DNA of 64,000 bases from an uncultured bacterium (GTDB lineage: Bacteria; Acidobacteriota; HRBIN11; JAKEFK01): contig CAVZQN010000004.1 in the NCBI GenBank assembly GCA_963777505.1, forward strand, positions 1,088,001-1,152,000, in the 5' to 3' direction. Position 1 is the first letter of the stretch, and each line of letters begins with the position of its first letter. This document shows, piece by piece, positions 51,938-61,474 of the stretch. Position numbers and translations under genes: made by a program. The notes under the pieces were generated by a model. It ran no database searches. It saw only the letters and a list, made by a program, of their open reading frames with translations, and had not been told where the DNA came from.

Positions 51938-52849
51938 CTAGCCGCGGAACAGGTTTCGAACCACAAACATCAGATTTGCGGGACGTTCAGCCATGCGACG
52001 CATCAAGTACGAATACCATTCGCTGCCATAAGGAATATAAATCCGAACACGATACCCTTCCTTGATGAGCTGATCCTGGAGATCCCGCCTGATACCATAT
52101 AACATCTGAAATTCGAAACTCTCTTTAGCGATCTGCTCTTGTGACACGAAAAGCTTTGTCGCATCAATCATTTTTGGATCATGCGTTGCAATTCCATGAT
52201 AGATTCCGCTCTTCAAAAGCACTTTCATGAGTTTGATGTAGTTGCTGTCTGTATCTTCTTTCTTTTCAAATGAAATTTCAGGCGGTTCTTTGTAAGCGCC
52301 TTTGCAAAGTCTGATCCTTGATTTTAGAACAAGCATATTTTCAATATCTTTTTCAGATCGAAAAAGGTAAGCCTGAATTACAATTCCTACATTTTCATGA
52401 ACTTTTCGGAGTGCCGAAAAAATCCGTAAAGTAGCTTCAGTATAAGGTGAACCTTCCATATCAATTCGGACAAAGTTGTTCAGTTCCTTTGCGCGAATAA
52501 TAACTCTTTCAACGTTTGACTGGCAAAGGTTTTCATCAAATCCCAGCCCAAATTGAGTTAACTTTAAAGACACATTTGAGTTTGCTTGCGACTTGTCTAT
52601 TTCATCTAGCGCAGAAATGTACTCTTTGCAAGCTCCAGCGGCTTCTTCGACAGTGTTTACCATTTCTCCCAGAAAATCCACAGTTCCTGAAAATCCTTTA
52701 CGGTTTAATTCAAGGACAGCAGGGATCGCTTCCTTGATGTTATCACCTGCGACAAAACGGTGTGCTGTATTTTTGGCGAAACTGAATTTCATCGCAAGGT
52801 CTTTTAGACGTGCGTGTTCGCTCATGTACAGGAGAGTTGTTTTCAGCAT
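51938..52849 (-). CDS. Monofunctional proline dehydrogenase
   Basis: RFVAG, SLKLT, RIDME, RLCKGAY, IATHD, FQMLYG, YLMRRMAERP. Confidence 0.93.
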   Translation of the reverse strand: MLKTTLLYMSEHARLKDLAMKFSFAKNTAHRFVAGDNIKEAIPAVLELNRKGFSGTVDFLGEMVNTVEEAAGACKEYISALDEIDKSQANSNVSLKLTQFGLGFDENLCQSNVERVIIRAKELNNFVRIDMEGSPYTEATLRIFSALRKVHENVGIVIQAYLFRSEKDIENMLVLKSRIRLCKGAYKEPPEISFEKKEDTDSNYIKLMKVLLKSGIYHGIATHDPKMIDATKLFVSQEQIAKESFEFQMLYGIRRDLQDQLIKEGYRVRIYIPYGSEWYSYLMRRMAERPANLMFVVRNLFRG

Positions 52850-52869
52850 AACGTTTACCGGACTATCAG

Positions 52870-53646
52870 TTAGTTTCCCTTAAAAGTTGGGGTGCGTTTT
52901 TCGAGGAAAGCGGTTGTTCCTTCCTGCTTGTCTTCAGATTCGAACAGAATCCCTTGAGCATATTCGTCCAATGTCATTGCAGCTTCAGTAGACAATTCTG
53001 GAACAAGGTTCAATGAATGTTTCGCGAGTCGGATTGCCAATGGTCCGCGCGAAAGAATTTTGGCTGCATATTCTTTTGCCGCAGAAAGCAATTCGCCTTG
53101 TTTTACAATGCGTGATACAAGTCCAAGCTGAAATGCGCGCTGGGCGTCTATGAAATCGCCGGTCATCACCATTTCTTTTGCGACGCCTAACCCGGCAATG
53201 CGGTATAACCGAAATAAACCACCGGCGCCTGGCAGAATTCCAAGCGAAACTTCGGGTAGCCCAAACTTTGCATTCTCAGTGCAGACTCGTAAATCGCACG
53301 CCAGTGCAAGTTCAAATCCGCCTCCCAGAGCAAATCCGTTTACCGCAGCTATAACAGGCTTCGCACAATCTTCCACTGCTTTAAAAAGCCGTGAATTAAT
53401 GCCTCGCAGTGCGTCATGCTTTTTCCTTTCACGAATATCCTTAATATCCGCGCCCGAAACAAAAACTCGATCGCCAGCTCCTGTAATAATCGCAACACCT
53501 GCTTTATCTGAATCGGAAATTTCACGTATTACAGAATGAAGCTCATTAACAGTCTGCAAATCGAGAGCATTTCTAACATCCGGTCTGTTGATTGTAATCA
53601 GTGCGATGCGATCAGAAATTTCAAGGGAGATATTTTTCAGTTCCAT
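52870..53646 (-). CDS. Enoyl-CoA hydratase/isomerase
   Basis: INRPDVRNAL, GADI, ALGGGFEL, PEVSLGILPGAGG. Confidence 0.92.
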   Translation of the reverse strand: MELKNISLEISDRIALITINRPDVRNALDLQTVNELHSVIREISDSDKAGVAIITGAGDRVFVSGADIKDIRERKKHDALRGINSRLFKAVEDCAKPVIAAVNGFALGGGFELALACDLRVCTENAKFGLPEVSLGILPGAGGLFRLYRIAGLGVAKEMVMTGDFIDAQRAFQLGLVSRIVKQGELLSAAKEYAAKILSRGPLAIRLAKHSLNLVPELSTEAAMTLDEYAQGILFESEDKQEGTTAFLEKRTPTFKGN

Positions 53647-53681
53647 TTGTTTCTCTTTTTTTACCACAGAGCCGCAGAGCT

Positions 53682-54527
53682 TCAATACTCATAAACGCCT
53701 TTCTTTGTTTTACGGCCGAGCCGTCCGGCCTTTACATATTGAACGAGAAGAGGGGCAGGACGATATTTTTCACCAAGGGTTTTATGCAAATAATTCAGAA
53801 TGCTGAGTCTTGTATCGAGACCGACGAGATCCACCATTTCAAACGGTCCCATTGGATGATTCAATCCAAGCTTCAATGCTTTATCTATATCTTCTGCGCT
53901 TGCGACTCCTTCCTGAAGCATACAGAAAGCTTCATTCCCAATCAGTGCATTAATTCTGCTCGTAACAAAACCTGGTGACTCGCGGACACTCACAGTTTCT
54001 TTGCCCATCTTGCGTCCAACTTCTTCTGTGGTACGCAGAGTATCCTCATCCGTTTCAAGGCCTTTAATCATTTCAACGAGTTTCATTTTGTGAACTGGAT
54101 TAAAAAAATGCATTCCAATGACTTTGGAAGGACGTCGGGTCACTGCGGCCATTTCGGTGATGCTTAATGATGATGTATTGCTTGCGAAAATTGCATGGGC
54201 AGGTGAGAGTGAATCCAATTTTCCATACGTTTCTATTTTTAAAGCAATATCTTCGGGAATCGCTTCAATAATGAAATCAGCTTGAGAGGATTCTTCAAAG
54301 CTTTGTGAGTAAGTCAAATTTGAAATGGTTGCATCCATTTGAGGCTGCGTGAGTTTATTCAGTTCAATTCCTTTTTTCAGATTCGATTGGATCTGATCGC
54401 GCGCGCGGGAGAGCATTTCCGCACTGATATCAAATAAGCGAGTTGTGTATCCTGCCTGGGCTGATACATGTGCAATACCGGATCCCATGATCCCGGCCCC
54501 CAATACAGTGATTGTCTTCACATGCAT
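53682..54527 (-). CDS. 3-hydroxyacyl-CoA (3-hydroxybutyryl-CoA) dehydrogenase
   Basis: GAGIMGSGIA, EAIPE, SNTSS, GMHFFNP, HPMGP, GRKT. Confidence 0.93.
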   Translation of the reverse strand: MHVKTITVLGAGIMGSGIAHVSAQAGYTTRLFDISAEMLSRARDQIQSNLKKGIELNKLTQPQMDATISNLTYSQSFEESSQADFIIEAIPEDIALKIETYGKLDSLSPAHAIFASNTSSLSITEMAAVTRRPSKVIGMHFFNPVHKMKLVEMIKGLETDEDTLRTTEEVGRKMGKETVSVRESPGFVTSRINALIGNEAFCMLQEGVASAEDIDKALKLGLNHPMGPFEMVDLVGLDTRLSILNYLHKTLGEKYRPAPLLVQYVKAGRLGRKTKKGVYEY

Positions 54528-54530
54528 GAA

Positions 54531-55190
54531 TTAACACCCTGGGATCTGGCAGATACCAAGCTTTTTCTCAGCTAATCCTCGCAATTCTTCTGCAATTGTG
54601 AGCGTTATCTTGATTGCGTCCCTGGCACGTGTCTGTGACTCTTCTGAAGTTGCATATTTTTCAAGCATCGTTTTGCCGAGCAAATGATGATAATTTTCAT
54701 CAGGCTGAATAATTTCGCTGTAAAGTTGAGCTGTTTTATCATCACCGCGCGATTCGCAAAACCGTATGAACTGAAGATTTCGTTTTAATGCTATTTTTTC
54801 GCGCGTAAATTGTCCGGACGCCAGACGCGAAATTGTATCAGGAATTGAAGCAAGAGTTTGATACATCGGGCTGAAACCGGCTTCAAGTGGATTGAAGTTT
54901 GAAAGATCGACACCCATTTCAATCAATCGTTTTTCAATAAGTCTGTAATGTTTTGCTTCATCGCCCGCCTGGCGCGCATATCCGAGCTTTACATCGATTT
55001 CCGGAGTGGTTGCCATCCAGTACGCTGCAAGCTGACTCGCTTCAACTTCGTTTTTTAACGCGATCTTAAGAAGTGGAATAATTTCAACGTTACCTTGAGA
55101 CTCAGACTCAACCAGTTCTAATTTATCGAGTCCGGAAAGTGTACTCTCAAGCAGTTCATCCATCTCGCGAACGAAATCTTGACTCTTCAT
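54531..55190 (-). CDS. Ferritin-like (diiron carboxylate) protein
   Basis: E..(NEVEA), DEAKH, E (REKIA) and DENYH ligand pattern; ends CQIPGC. Confidence 0.75.
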   Translation of the reverse strand: MKSQDFVREMDELLESTLSGLDKLELVESESQGNVEIIPLLKIALKNEVEASQLAAYWMATTPEIDVKLGYARQAGDEAKHYRLIEKRLIEMGVDLSNFNPLEAGFSPMYQTLASIPDTISRLASGQFTREKIALKRNLQFIRFCESRGDDKTAQLYSEIIQPDENYHHLLGKTMLEKYATSEESQTRARDAIKITLTIAEELRGLAEKKLGICQIPGC

Positions 55191-55861
55191 CGTGACGACT
55201 CCGCAGGGTTGATACTCTCTTGCGGACTCGGTGATAAGTATTGATATGCCATCAACTTTTGAATACTTGTACGAAGATCAAGAGTTTTTTGGTTGTCCGG
55301 ATCAGAACTGAACATTGGAAAATGTACGAATGAAAGCACTAAAGAGATTACAAGTATGCTAAACATCAGCGTTCCTGAACGCTTCAACCTGAATCCTATT
55401 CCTGAAGTAATACGATAAAAAAAGAAGGTAATGATTGCAACAAAGGCAAATGCTATTGCCAGGATTCCAGTTCTAAATGCAGGCGTTAAAGTTACGTTCG
55501 AGAAATATGACTGTGTGCAATGATAAACAACTGCCAGAAAGAAAATCCCAAGAATCCCTGCAAGTGTGGCGCTGCGAAAAGTCGGATCATCATGTTTATC
55601 CATTGTGAATAGGACCCATCTCAGCAAACCATATGTCAATACCGCAACTACAGCGGCAATTACGAGATATAAGAAGAAGGATGCAACAAAGATATATGGA
55701 CTCAGCCGAACGGAGTTTTGCGCAAACATCGGGCTTAATGTTTGCCAGTAAAATGCTTCACCAAAGCCCCATATCGTCCATACAAGTATCGAAAAACTCA
55801 AGGCTTCAGTTAGTGGGAATTTGAAACTATCGACAATTTTATCTTTGATTAGAACTTTCAT
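55187..55861 (-). CDS. Membrane protein, hypothetical
   Basis: About 5 TM helices; ATGA overlap with the next gene. Confidence 0.65.
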   Translation of the reverse strand: MKVLIKDKIVDSFKFPLTEALSFSILVWTIWGFGEAFYWQTLSPMFAQNSVRLSPYIFVASFFLYLVIAAVVAVLTYGLLRWVLFTMDKHDDPTFRSATLAGILGIFFLAVVYHCTQSYFSNVTLTPAFRTGILAIAFAFVAIITFFFYRITSGIGFRLKRSGTLMFSILVISLVLSFVHFPMFSSDPDNQKTLDLRTSIQKLMAYQYLSPSPQESINPAESSR

Positions 55862-55890
55862 GGGAGACGGTATTATAGCCCCGTAATAGC

Positions 55891-56775
55891 TCAACCGCCA
55901 AGACGCATAGTTCTTAATAACGCTAGATTCACTACATCTTCGGCGAGATCTTTCCCTTTCGGTGTTTCTAATACCTTTGGGATTTTCTTAAAACGTTCAT
56001 CATTCATCAACAACTGGAAGGCCTGTATTCCAAGATGGCCCTTTCCGATATGTTCATGCCGGTCCACATTTGAATTCAGTTGCGTTTTAGAATCATTTAA
56101 GTGAAACGCTAAGATTTTTCGCGCAGGAACTTTACGTAACAGCTCATTAAATGTGGACTCATAAGCTTCCTTCGTTCTGAGATCATAACCGGCAGCAAAG
56201 AAATGACACGTATCAATGCATACTCCGATCCGGTTTGAGAAGCTGCAGTTATTTAGAATGTATTGCAGATGCTCGATCTTAGATCCAAGACAATTGCCTT
56301 GACCGGCAGTATTTTCAATAGCTATTTTGCATTTCATGCCTTCCGTTTGAGAAAAGACACGGTTTAAAGCAGCGACTACAGACTTGAGGCCTTGCTGTTC
56401 GCCGCAGCCACGATGCGATCCCGGATGTAAAACGATAAAATTAAGCCCTAATTGTTCTGCCCGGATTATTTCAGCGGTCAAGGCAGCAATCGATCGTTCA
56501 TAGAAATCACTTTCACATCCAAGATTAATCAAATAACTACAATGAGCAAAGATTGGAGTAATCCGTGAAGCTTTTCGGGCTTTTCGAAAAAGTGTAATTT
56601 CTTCTGTTGAAATATCTTTTGCAGCCCACCGGCTCGCATTTCGCGTAAATATTTGAATTGTGTTGCAGCCTATGGAATGTCCACGCTCCAGTGCACGGTA
56701 AAGTCCGCCTTCAACCGACATATGTGCGCCAAGTGGTTCGCGAATTTTTGGAGGGTTGGCCTCAATAGTTCTCAA
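55891..56775 (-). CDS. nfo: Endonuclease IV (TTG start inferred)
   Basis: GAHMS, QIF, H.SYLINL, HPG, ENTAG, DTCH, HLNDS, DRHE, ETP. Confidence 0.95.
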   Translation of the reverse strand: MRTIEANPPKIREPLGAHMSVEGGLYRALERGHSIGCNTIQIFTRNASRWAAKDISTEEITLFRKARKASRITPIFAHCSYLINLGCESDFYERSIAALTAEIIRAEQLGLNFIVLHPGSHRGCGEQQGLKSVVAALNRVFSQTEGMKCKIAIENTAGQGNCLGSKIEHLQYILNNCSFSNRIGVCIDTCHFFAAGYDLRTKEAYESTFNELLRKVPARKILAFHLNDSKTQLNSNVDRHEHIGKGHLGIQAFQLLMNDERFKKIPKVLETPKGKDLAEDVVNLALLRTMRLGG

Positions 56776-57760
56776 GAGCTTTGCGAGCCTCAGCAAGTAC
56801 AGTCTGCTCAATTTGTGGAAGGGCCCCAAGTAAACGGATACCAGAGGCATGATTGTGTCCACCACCGCCAAATGTGGATGCGAGCTGGCTTGCGTTAAAG
56901 TTGCCTTTAGCTCGAAGACTGATTTTTACATCATTCGGCACAACTTCTAAGAAAAGAACTGAAAGTATTACACCTTTGCAATTTCTGGCCATATCCACAA
57001 ACCCTTCAACGTCATCTGGATGAATATTATTTTCGGTGAGCATTTGATGCGGAATCGTAATCCAGGCAAGTTTCTGATCACAATCCAATCGAAGAGTTGA
57101 TAAAACTTTTCCCATGAACTTCAAACGTTCAGCAGAGTGATTCTGATAGAGATTTTCAAAAATTAATCTACACGGAAGACCATAATCCATCAATTCAAAA
57201 GCAATTTGATGAGACCGCGCGCTTGTATTGGAGAAACTAAAAGACCCTGTATCAGAGAGTATTGCAGTATATAAAGGTTCTGCGATGGCAGGTGTAATCA
57301 CGATGCTTAAAAATCGAGCAAGGTCATAAACGATTTCGGCGCTGGCGCAGGCTTGAACATTCACCAGATGATAGTCTGCGTGCCCTCCTGTATACGGATG
57401 ATGATCCATGCAGATTTTTGGTTTGCCTGAATCACGGATTACATCAGCAAGTGCACCGAGACGTTCCCAGCGGCTAATATCCAGGATGAAAATTGCATCG
57501 ACATCAGGAAGTGGTTCTCCTTGTTGATAGTGTTTTACTTCCTTACGTGTATCGATAAAGGTGTAGTTGTGTGAAAGCGGCGTCGGGTTCAATATGAGCG
57601 TTTGTTTACCGAGGGATCTTAGCGCTTCAGCTAATGCAATTTCTGAACCTAAAGCGTCAGGATCAGCTTGAACATGTGTTGTGATTAGAAATCGATTTGC
57701 ATTTCCAACTGTTTCGCGAATTGAATTCCAATCGCCGGAGTATTGTGATGCGGGTATCAT
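56762..57760 (-). CDS. nrnA: DHH/DHHA1 phosphoesterase (NrnA-like nanoRNase/pAp phosphatase)
   Basis: H..ADPDALGS, DHH, DTGSF, SLR, GGGHNHASG; SD AGGGGG before ATG 57760. Confidence 0.88.
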   Translation of the reverse strand: MIPASQYSGDWNSIRETVGNANRFLITTHVQADPDALGSEIALAEALRSLGKQTLILNPTPLSHNYTFIDTRKEVKHYQQGEPLPDVDAIFILDISRWERLGALADVIRDSGKPKICMDHHPYTGGHADYHLVNVQACASAEIVYDLARFLSIVITPAIAEPLYTAILSDTGSFSFSNTSARSHQIAFELMDYGLPCRLIFENLYQNHSAERLKFMGKVLSTLRLDCDQKLAWITIPHQMLTENNIHPDDVEGFVDMARNCKGVILSVLFLEVVPNDVKISLRAKGNFNASQLASTFGGGGHNHASGIRLLGALPQIEQTVLAEARKALENY

Positions 57761-57934
57761 TTGAAACTTCCCCCTTTCAAGGAGAGCGTTCCAATATAAC
57801 GTTGTAGTTTCCAAAAATCAACTTGTAGGAAACGATCCTTGTGAACCCGCCTTCATTTCCACTGCTACACCAGGGACGCCCTACAGTTAAAATAATGTTG
57901 TAATATTAACAATCTTGCTGGAGTAATCTTCAAA

Positions 57935-58795
57935 ATGGGACAGATCGTTAACATAGACGGCACACTGTATCCGCCGGAAGACGCAAAAATTTCTGTATTC
58001 GATCACGGTTTTTTATACGGTGACAACATTTATGAGGCGCTTCGAACCTACCGCGGTAAGATTTTCTTAATTGAACGTCACCTCTTCCGCCTTGAAGCTT
58101 CGTCAAAACTAATTCATCTCAAGCTCCCATTCAGTGGTAACGAATTCCGCCGTCAGTTGGAACTCACAATAGCGGCAGCAGGAAATAGTGAATCGTATAT
58201 GCGTTTGATTGTTACCCGCGGAAAGGGAGCAATCAGTCTTGACATGGATCGCAGTGAACGGGCAAGTTTTGTAATTATTGCAGGCCCTCTTGAGCCTTTC
58301 CCAGCCGAACATTATGAAAAAGGTGTCAAGGTTGCGATGGTTGCGATCCGAAGAAATGATAGACAAGCGTTGAATCCGCGAATCAAGTCCGGCAACTTGT
58401 TGAATAATGTTCTTGCTTATGGTCAGGCAAAATCGGAAGGAGCTTTTGAAGGCATTTTATGTAATCTCGCTGGTAATGTAACTGAAGCTACAAGCAGCAA
58501 TGTCTTTATTGTAAAAAATGGGATCCTGATCACTCCTTCTCTTGAATCGGGATTACTTTCAGGTGTAACTCGTGGGCTCGTTTTAGAACTTGCGGCATCG
58601 CAACAAATTCCGATTGAAGAGCGGGATGTCTCACCGTCAGAAATGCAAACCTGCGACGAATGTTTCATTACAAGCACTACAAAAGCTGTGATGCCTGTAA
58701 ATCAGATTAGCGAGAAACCTCTACCCCCCGCACCTGGCCCAGTAACAAAACAGATCATGCTAGCGTATCGGCAGTTTGTTGATGATCGTTACTGA
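57935..58795 (+). CDS. PLP-dependent class IV aminotransferase (BCAT/D-amino acid aminotransferase-like)
   Basis: DHGFLYGD.IYE, HLFRL, IKSGNL, EATSSNVF, LSGVTR. Confidence 0.9.
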   Translation: MGQIVNIDGTLYPPEDAKISVFDHGFLYGDNIYEALRTYRGKIFLIERHLFRLEASSKLIHLKLPFSGNEFRRQLELTIAAAGNSESYMRLIVTRGKGAISLDMDRSERASFVIIAGPLEPFPAEHYEKGVKVAMVAIRRNDRQALNPRIKSGNLLNNVLAYGQAKSEGAFEGILCNLAGNVTEATSSNVFIVKNGILITPSLESGLLSGVTRGLVLELAASQQIPIEERDVSPSEMQTCDECFITSTTKAVMPVNQISEKPLPPAPGPVTKQIMLAYRQFVDDRY

Positions 58796-59385
58796 TCGGA
58801 TTTGCGGCTGTGTCTCCGTTTTTTTCGGGACGCTTTCGGTTCTTCGGATTCAGTAGATGGCGCCGCTGATGCTGGCTGAACTGGAACAATTGCGTGTTGC
58901 GGAGCGCGCTGTCCGATCCAGCCTTGAATTTTCTTTAGAATTGCTTCAGGTACCAGGATCTCTGCATTCTTAATCCCTTTTTGAATTGTTGTAAGAAGAT
59001 CTTTTTTCCCGCGCCAGTGTGAATTTACAATTTCAGGATCAATCCAATTTAGAAGCACATTCATAGCGAAGGCAGCCAGAACAAAGTCATCTGCAATTCC
59101 AAATAGCCCGCTGAAGAGCTCAGGAATAAAATCCAGAGGAGCAAAAATGTAAGCGAGAACGGAACCAACAAAGATTTTTACTTTACGGTCAACCCGTTCA
59201 TCAAGCAAGATTCCAAATAATAAGACGATGAAGTTTCGCAGCGTCAGAGCTGCATCGAACAGACGCGAAACAAACCAGGATCGCTTTTCTTGAAAAGAGG
59301 TTTCCTCGACATTCGAAGTCCCATCTTCATCATTGTCCAGATGCGAGGCACCGGTCATCGATGAAGCATTTGCAATTTCATTCAT
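58789..59385 (-). CDS. YkvA/DUF1232 family protein
   Basis: LAYIFAPLDFIPE..GIADD motif. Confidence 0.85.
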   Translation of the reverse strand: MNEIANASSMTGASHLDNDEDGTSNVEETSFQEKRSWFVSRLFDAALTLRNFIVLLFGILLDERVDRKVKIFVGSVLAYIFAPLDFIPELFSGLFGIADDFVLAAFAMNVLLNWIDPEIVNSHWRGKKDLLTTIQKGIKNAEILVPEAILKKIQGWIGQRAPQHAIVPVQPASAAPSTESEEPKASRKKRRHSRKSDQ

Positions 59386-59496
59386 GAATCTTCCTCCACT
59401 ACAATGGGCGGATCTGAACCGCTCCCAATAAAAGATAAGATACTATTAGTATACGTTCCAGTGGCTGTTGATGTTTCGGAGTGTTCTTAGCAGTGT

Positions 59497-61401
59497 TTAC
59501 GGCACTGTCTCGCTTTGCTCGACTGCGTGCCTTACTACAAATACTTCGACCGGCTGACTTTTGCCTTTCACGGTTAAGGGTTCCATGGGGTCAGCTTTCA
59601 CGAATTCTTTCACTTCTTCATAAGTGCTTGCGCTTATGAGGATTTGACCTCGCTGTGCGTTCGATTGAAGACGCGATGCAAGATTGACTATGTCGCCAAC
59701 GACGGTGTAGTCGAAAAATTCAGCAGAGCCTAGATTTCCTACGATTACATCACCGGTAGAAATTCCAATTCCAACATCCAGCGAGTGTGGCTTGCCGCGA
59801 TCTGCCCATTCTTTCTTTAAGGCTTCTATTTCGTGAATCATTTCAAGCGCCATTTCGACTGCGCGTTTTGCATGATCCGGAAAAGGAATCGGATTACCGA
59901 AAAATGCCATGACGCAATCACCCATGAATTTATCGAGAGTTCCGCCATGTTTGAAAACGAGTTTTGTCATTCGGCTGAAATATTCATTCAATAACTCGGA
60001 CACTTTCTCAGGCTCCATCTGTTCTGACATGGTAGTAAATCCGCGAATATCAGAAAAGAAGACTGTGAGGCGTTCTTTCTTGCCGCTAAACCGGACCAGA
60101 TTTCTGTTGCGAATTAATTCTTGAACAACATTCGGCGCGACATATCTGCCAAAAAGCTGCTCAATCCTTCGCTTTTCTGCGGCTTCTTCAGCCTGACGTC
60201 CTGCAAGTCCGGCAGCAGCAATCGAAAAAATGGAGAGTAAGATCGCCGATCCTTGAATGTATTCTCCCGATTGAAATCTCAAATATTGGAAAAAACAAAA
60301 TGCTAAAGCAAGCAGAACACAAACTCCAGTTGCCAGAAATGCATTCCTTTTCAAACCAAGCATTACGGCAGCAGCAAGAAAAGAAAAAATTCCAAGAAGT
60401 ATCATGACCCATCTCTTTGGAAACGGCGCAATAAAACGTTTGTTAAGAATGGTATGAATCGCATTTGCATGGATTTCAACGCCGTACATGCTTTGCATTT
60501 GGTGAGCTTCGATCGTCTGAACATTTTTCATGCTCTTGATTTGTCTTGGTTTGCGTTTCATCGGAACGGGATAATAGTCTTGTGCCAGTGGATTCATATT
60601 TCCAATCAAAACGATTTTTCCCTTCACTTGATCCGGGACGAAATCCTTTTTTAGAATTTTGTGGAACGCAATTTTGGGGAAGTGCCCGGAAGGCCCGGCA
60701 TAATTGATGTAAAAACCATCAGTGCCTCTCCGTTGAGGGTATGGAATCCGAAGATCGCCTACCTTCATCCATCGGGAGTCTTTGAGATCTACCTTAAAAT
60801 CCCCTTCAGGATAAAGACGAGCCAAAGCGATCTGTAATGCAAAAGGAAAGTCCAGGATTAAATCTCCTTCAGGTGTTGTTCTTGCAAACGGTGGAGGAGC
60901 CGTTCGCATCACACCATCTTCATCGGGAAATAAATTCAAAAAGCCTTCGCCAATTTCCTGCTGTCTGAAGATTTCTAAGGGAACTCTTCGGTTTTGTTCT
61001 GAGGTTTCCGAAACGAGAATTACATTCGCAGCGTCTTCCAGGGCTGACCGCAAAGCTTCATCCTGAAGGGGGTCATTGGGAGAAGGAAGAGCGAAGAGAA
61101 TATCAATGGCGATGATGTCTGAGCCTGCTTCTGCAAGATTTCGAATTGCCTGAGCGTAGTCGGTGCGTTTCCATTCAGCCGATTTTCGTCCCATCGCTTT
61201 TGCGCTTTCTGTGTCAAGTGCGACGATAATAATGTCTTTCCCTGGATCGACCGGGCCTCGAAAGTTAAAGTGCCTGGTGAGAATAAAGTTATCAGCTGAA
61301 AGAAAGGCGCCCTTTAAAAATAAGTAGTACGATAATAGTAGTATTATTAGTATAACAGCTATTGTAACTGTAAGAATCCGTTTATTGGTGATCGCAAGCA
61401 T
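59497..61401 (-). CDS. CHASE2-domain class III adenylate cyclase
   Basis: IIIVALD..W.R, IAIDILF, GKIVLIG, GVEIHA, 3 TM; FSDIRGFT, DKFMGD, YTVVGDIVNLASRL. Confidence 0.93.
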   Translation of the reverse strand: MLAITNKRILTVTIAVILIILLLSYYLFLKGAFLSADNFILTRHFNFRGPVDPGKDIIIVALDTESAKAMGRKSAEWKRTDYAQAIRNLAEAGSDIIAIDILFALPSPNDPLQDEALRSALEDAANVILVSETSEQNRRVPLEIFRQQEIGEGFLNLFPDEDGVMRTAPPPFARTTPEGDLILDFPFALQIALARLYPEGDFKVDLKDSRWMKVGDLRIPYPQRRGTDGFYINYAGPSGHFPKIAFHKILKKDFVPDQVKGKIVLIGNMNPLAQDYYPVPMKRKPRQIKSMKNVQTIEAHQMQSMYGVEIHANAIHTILNKRFIAPFPKRWVMILLGIFSFLAAAVMLGLKRNAFLATGVCVLLALAFCFFQYLRFQSGEYIQGSAILLSIFSIAAAGLAGRQAEEAAEKRRIEQLFGRYVAPNVVQELIRNRNLVRFSGKKERLTVFFSDIRGFTTMSEQMEPEKVSELLNEYFSRMTKLVFKHGGTLDKFMGDCVMAFFGNPIPFPDHAKRAVEMALEMIHEIEALKKEWADRGKPHSLDVGIGISTGDVIVGNLGSAEFFDYTVVGDIVNLASRLQSNAQRGQILISASTYEEVKEFVKADPMEPLTVKGKSQPVEVFVVRHAVEQSETVP

Positions 61402-61422
61402 GTGAAAAAAGACTAACTCAAG

Positions 61423-61474
61423 TGCAGACGGGACGTCTGCGGTCCCTAATGCAGACGGGACGTCTGCGATCCCC
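61423..61474. repeat. Two tandem GGGA-type REP-like units overlapping the 3' end of the upstream gene
   Basis: TGCAGACGGGACGTCTGCG(G/A)TCCC twice, 27-nt period. Confidence 0.8.

Noticed and set aside
54531-54545. C-terminal GC motif as a possible selenocysteine site
   Set aside because: The stop is TAA, not TGA.
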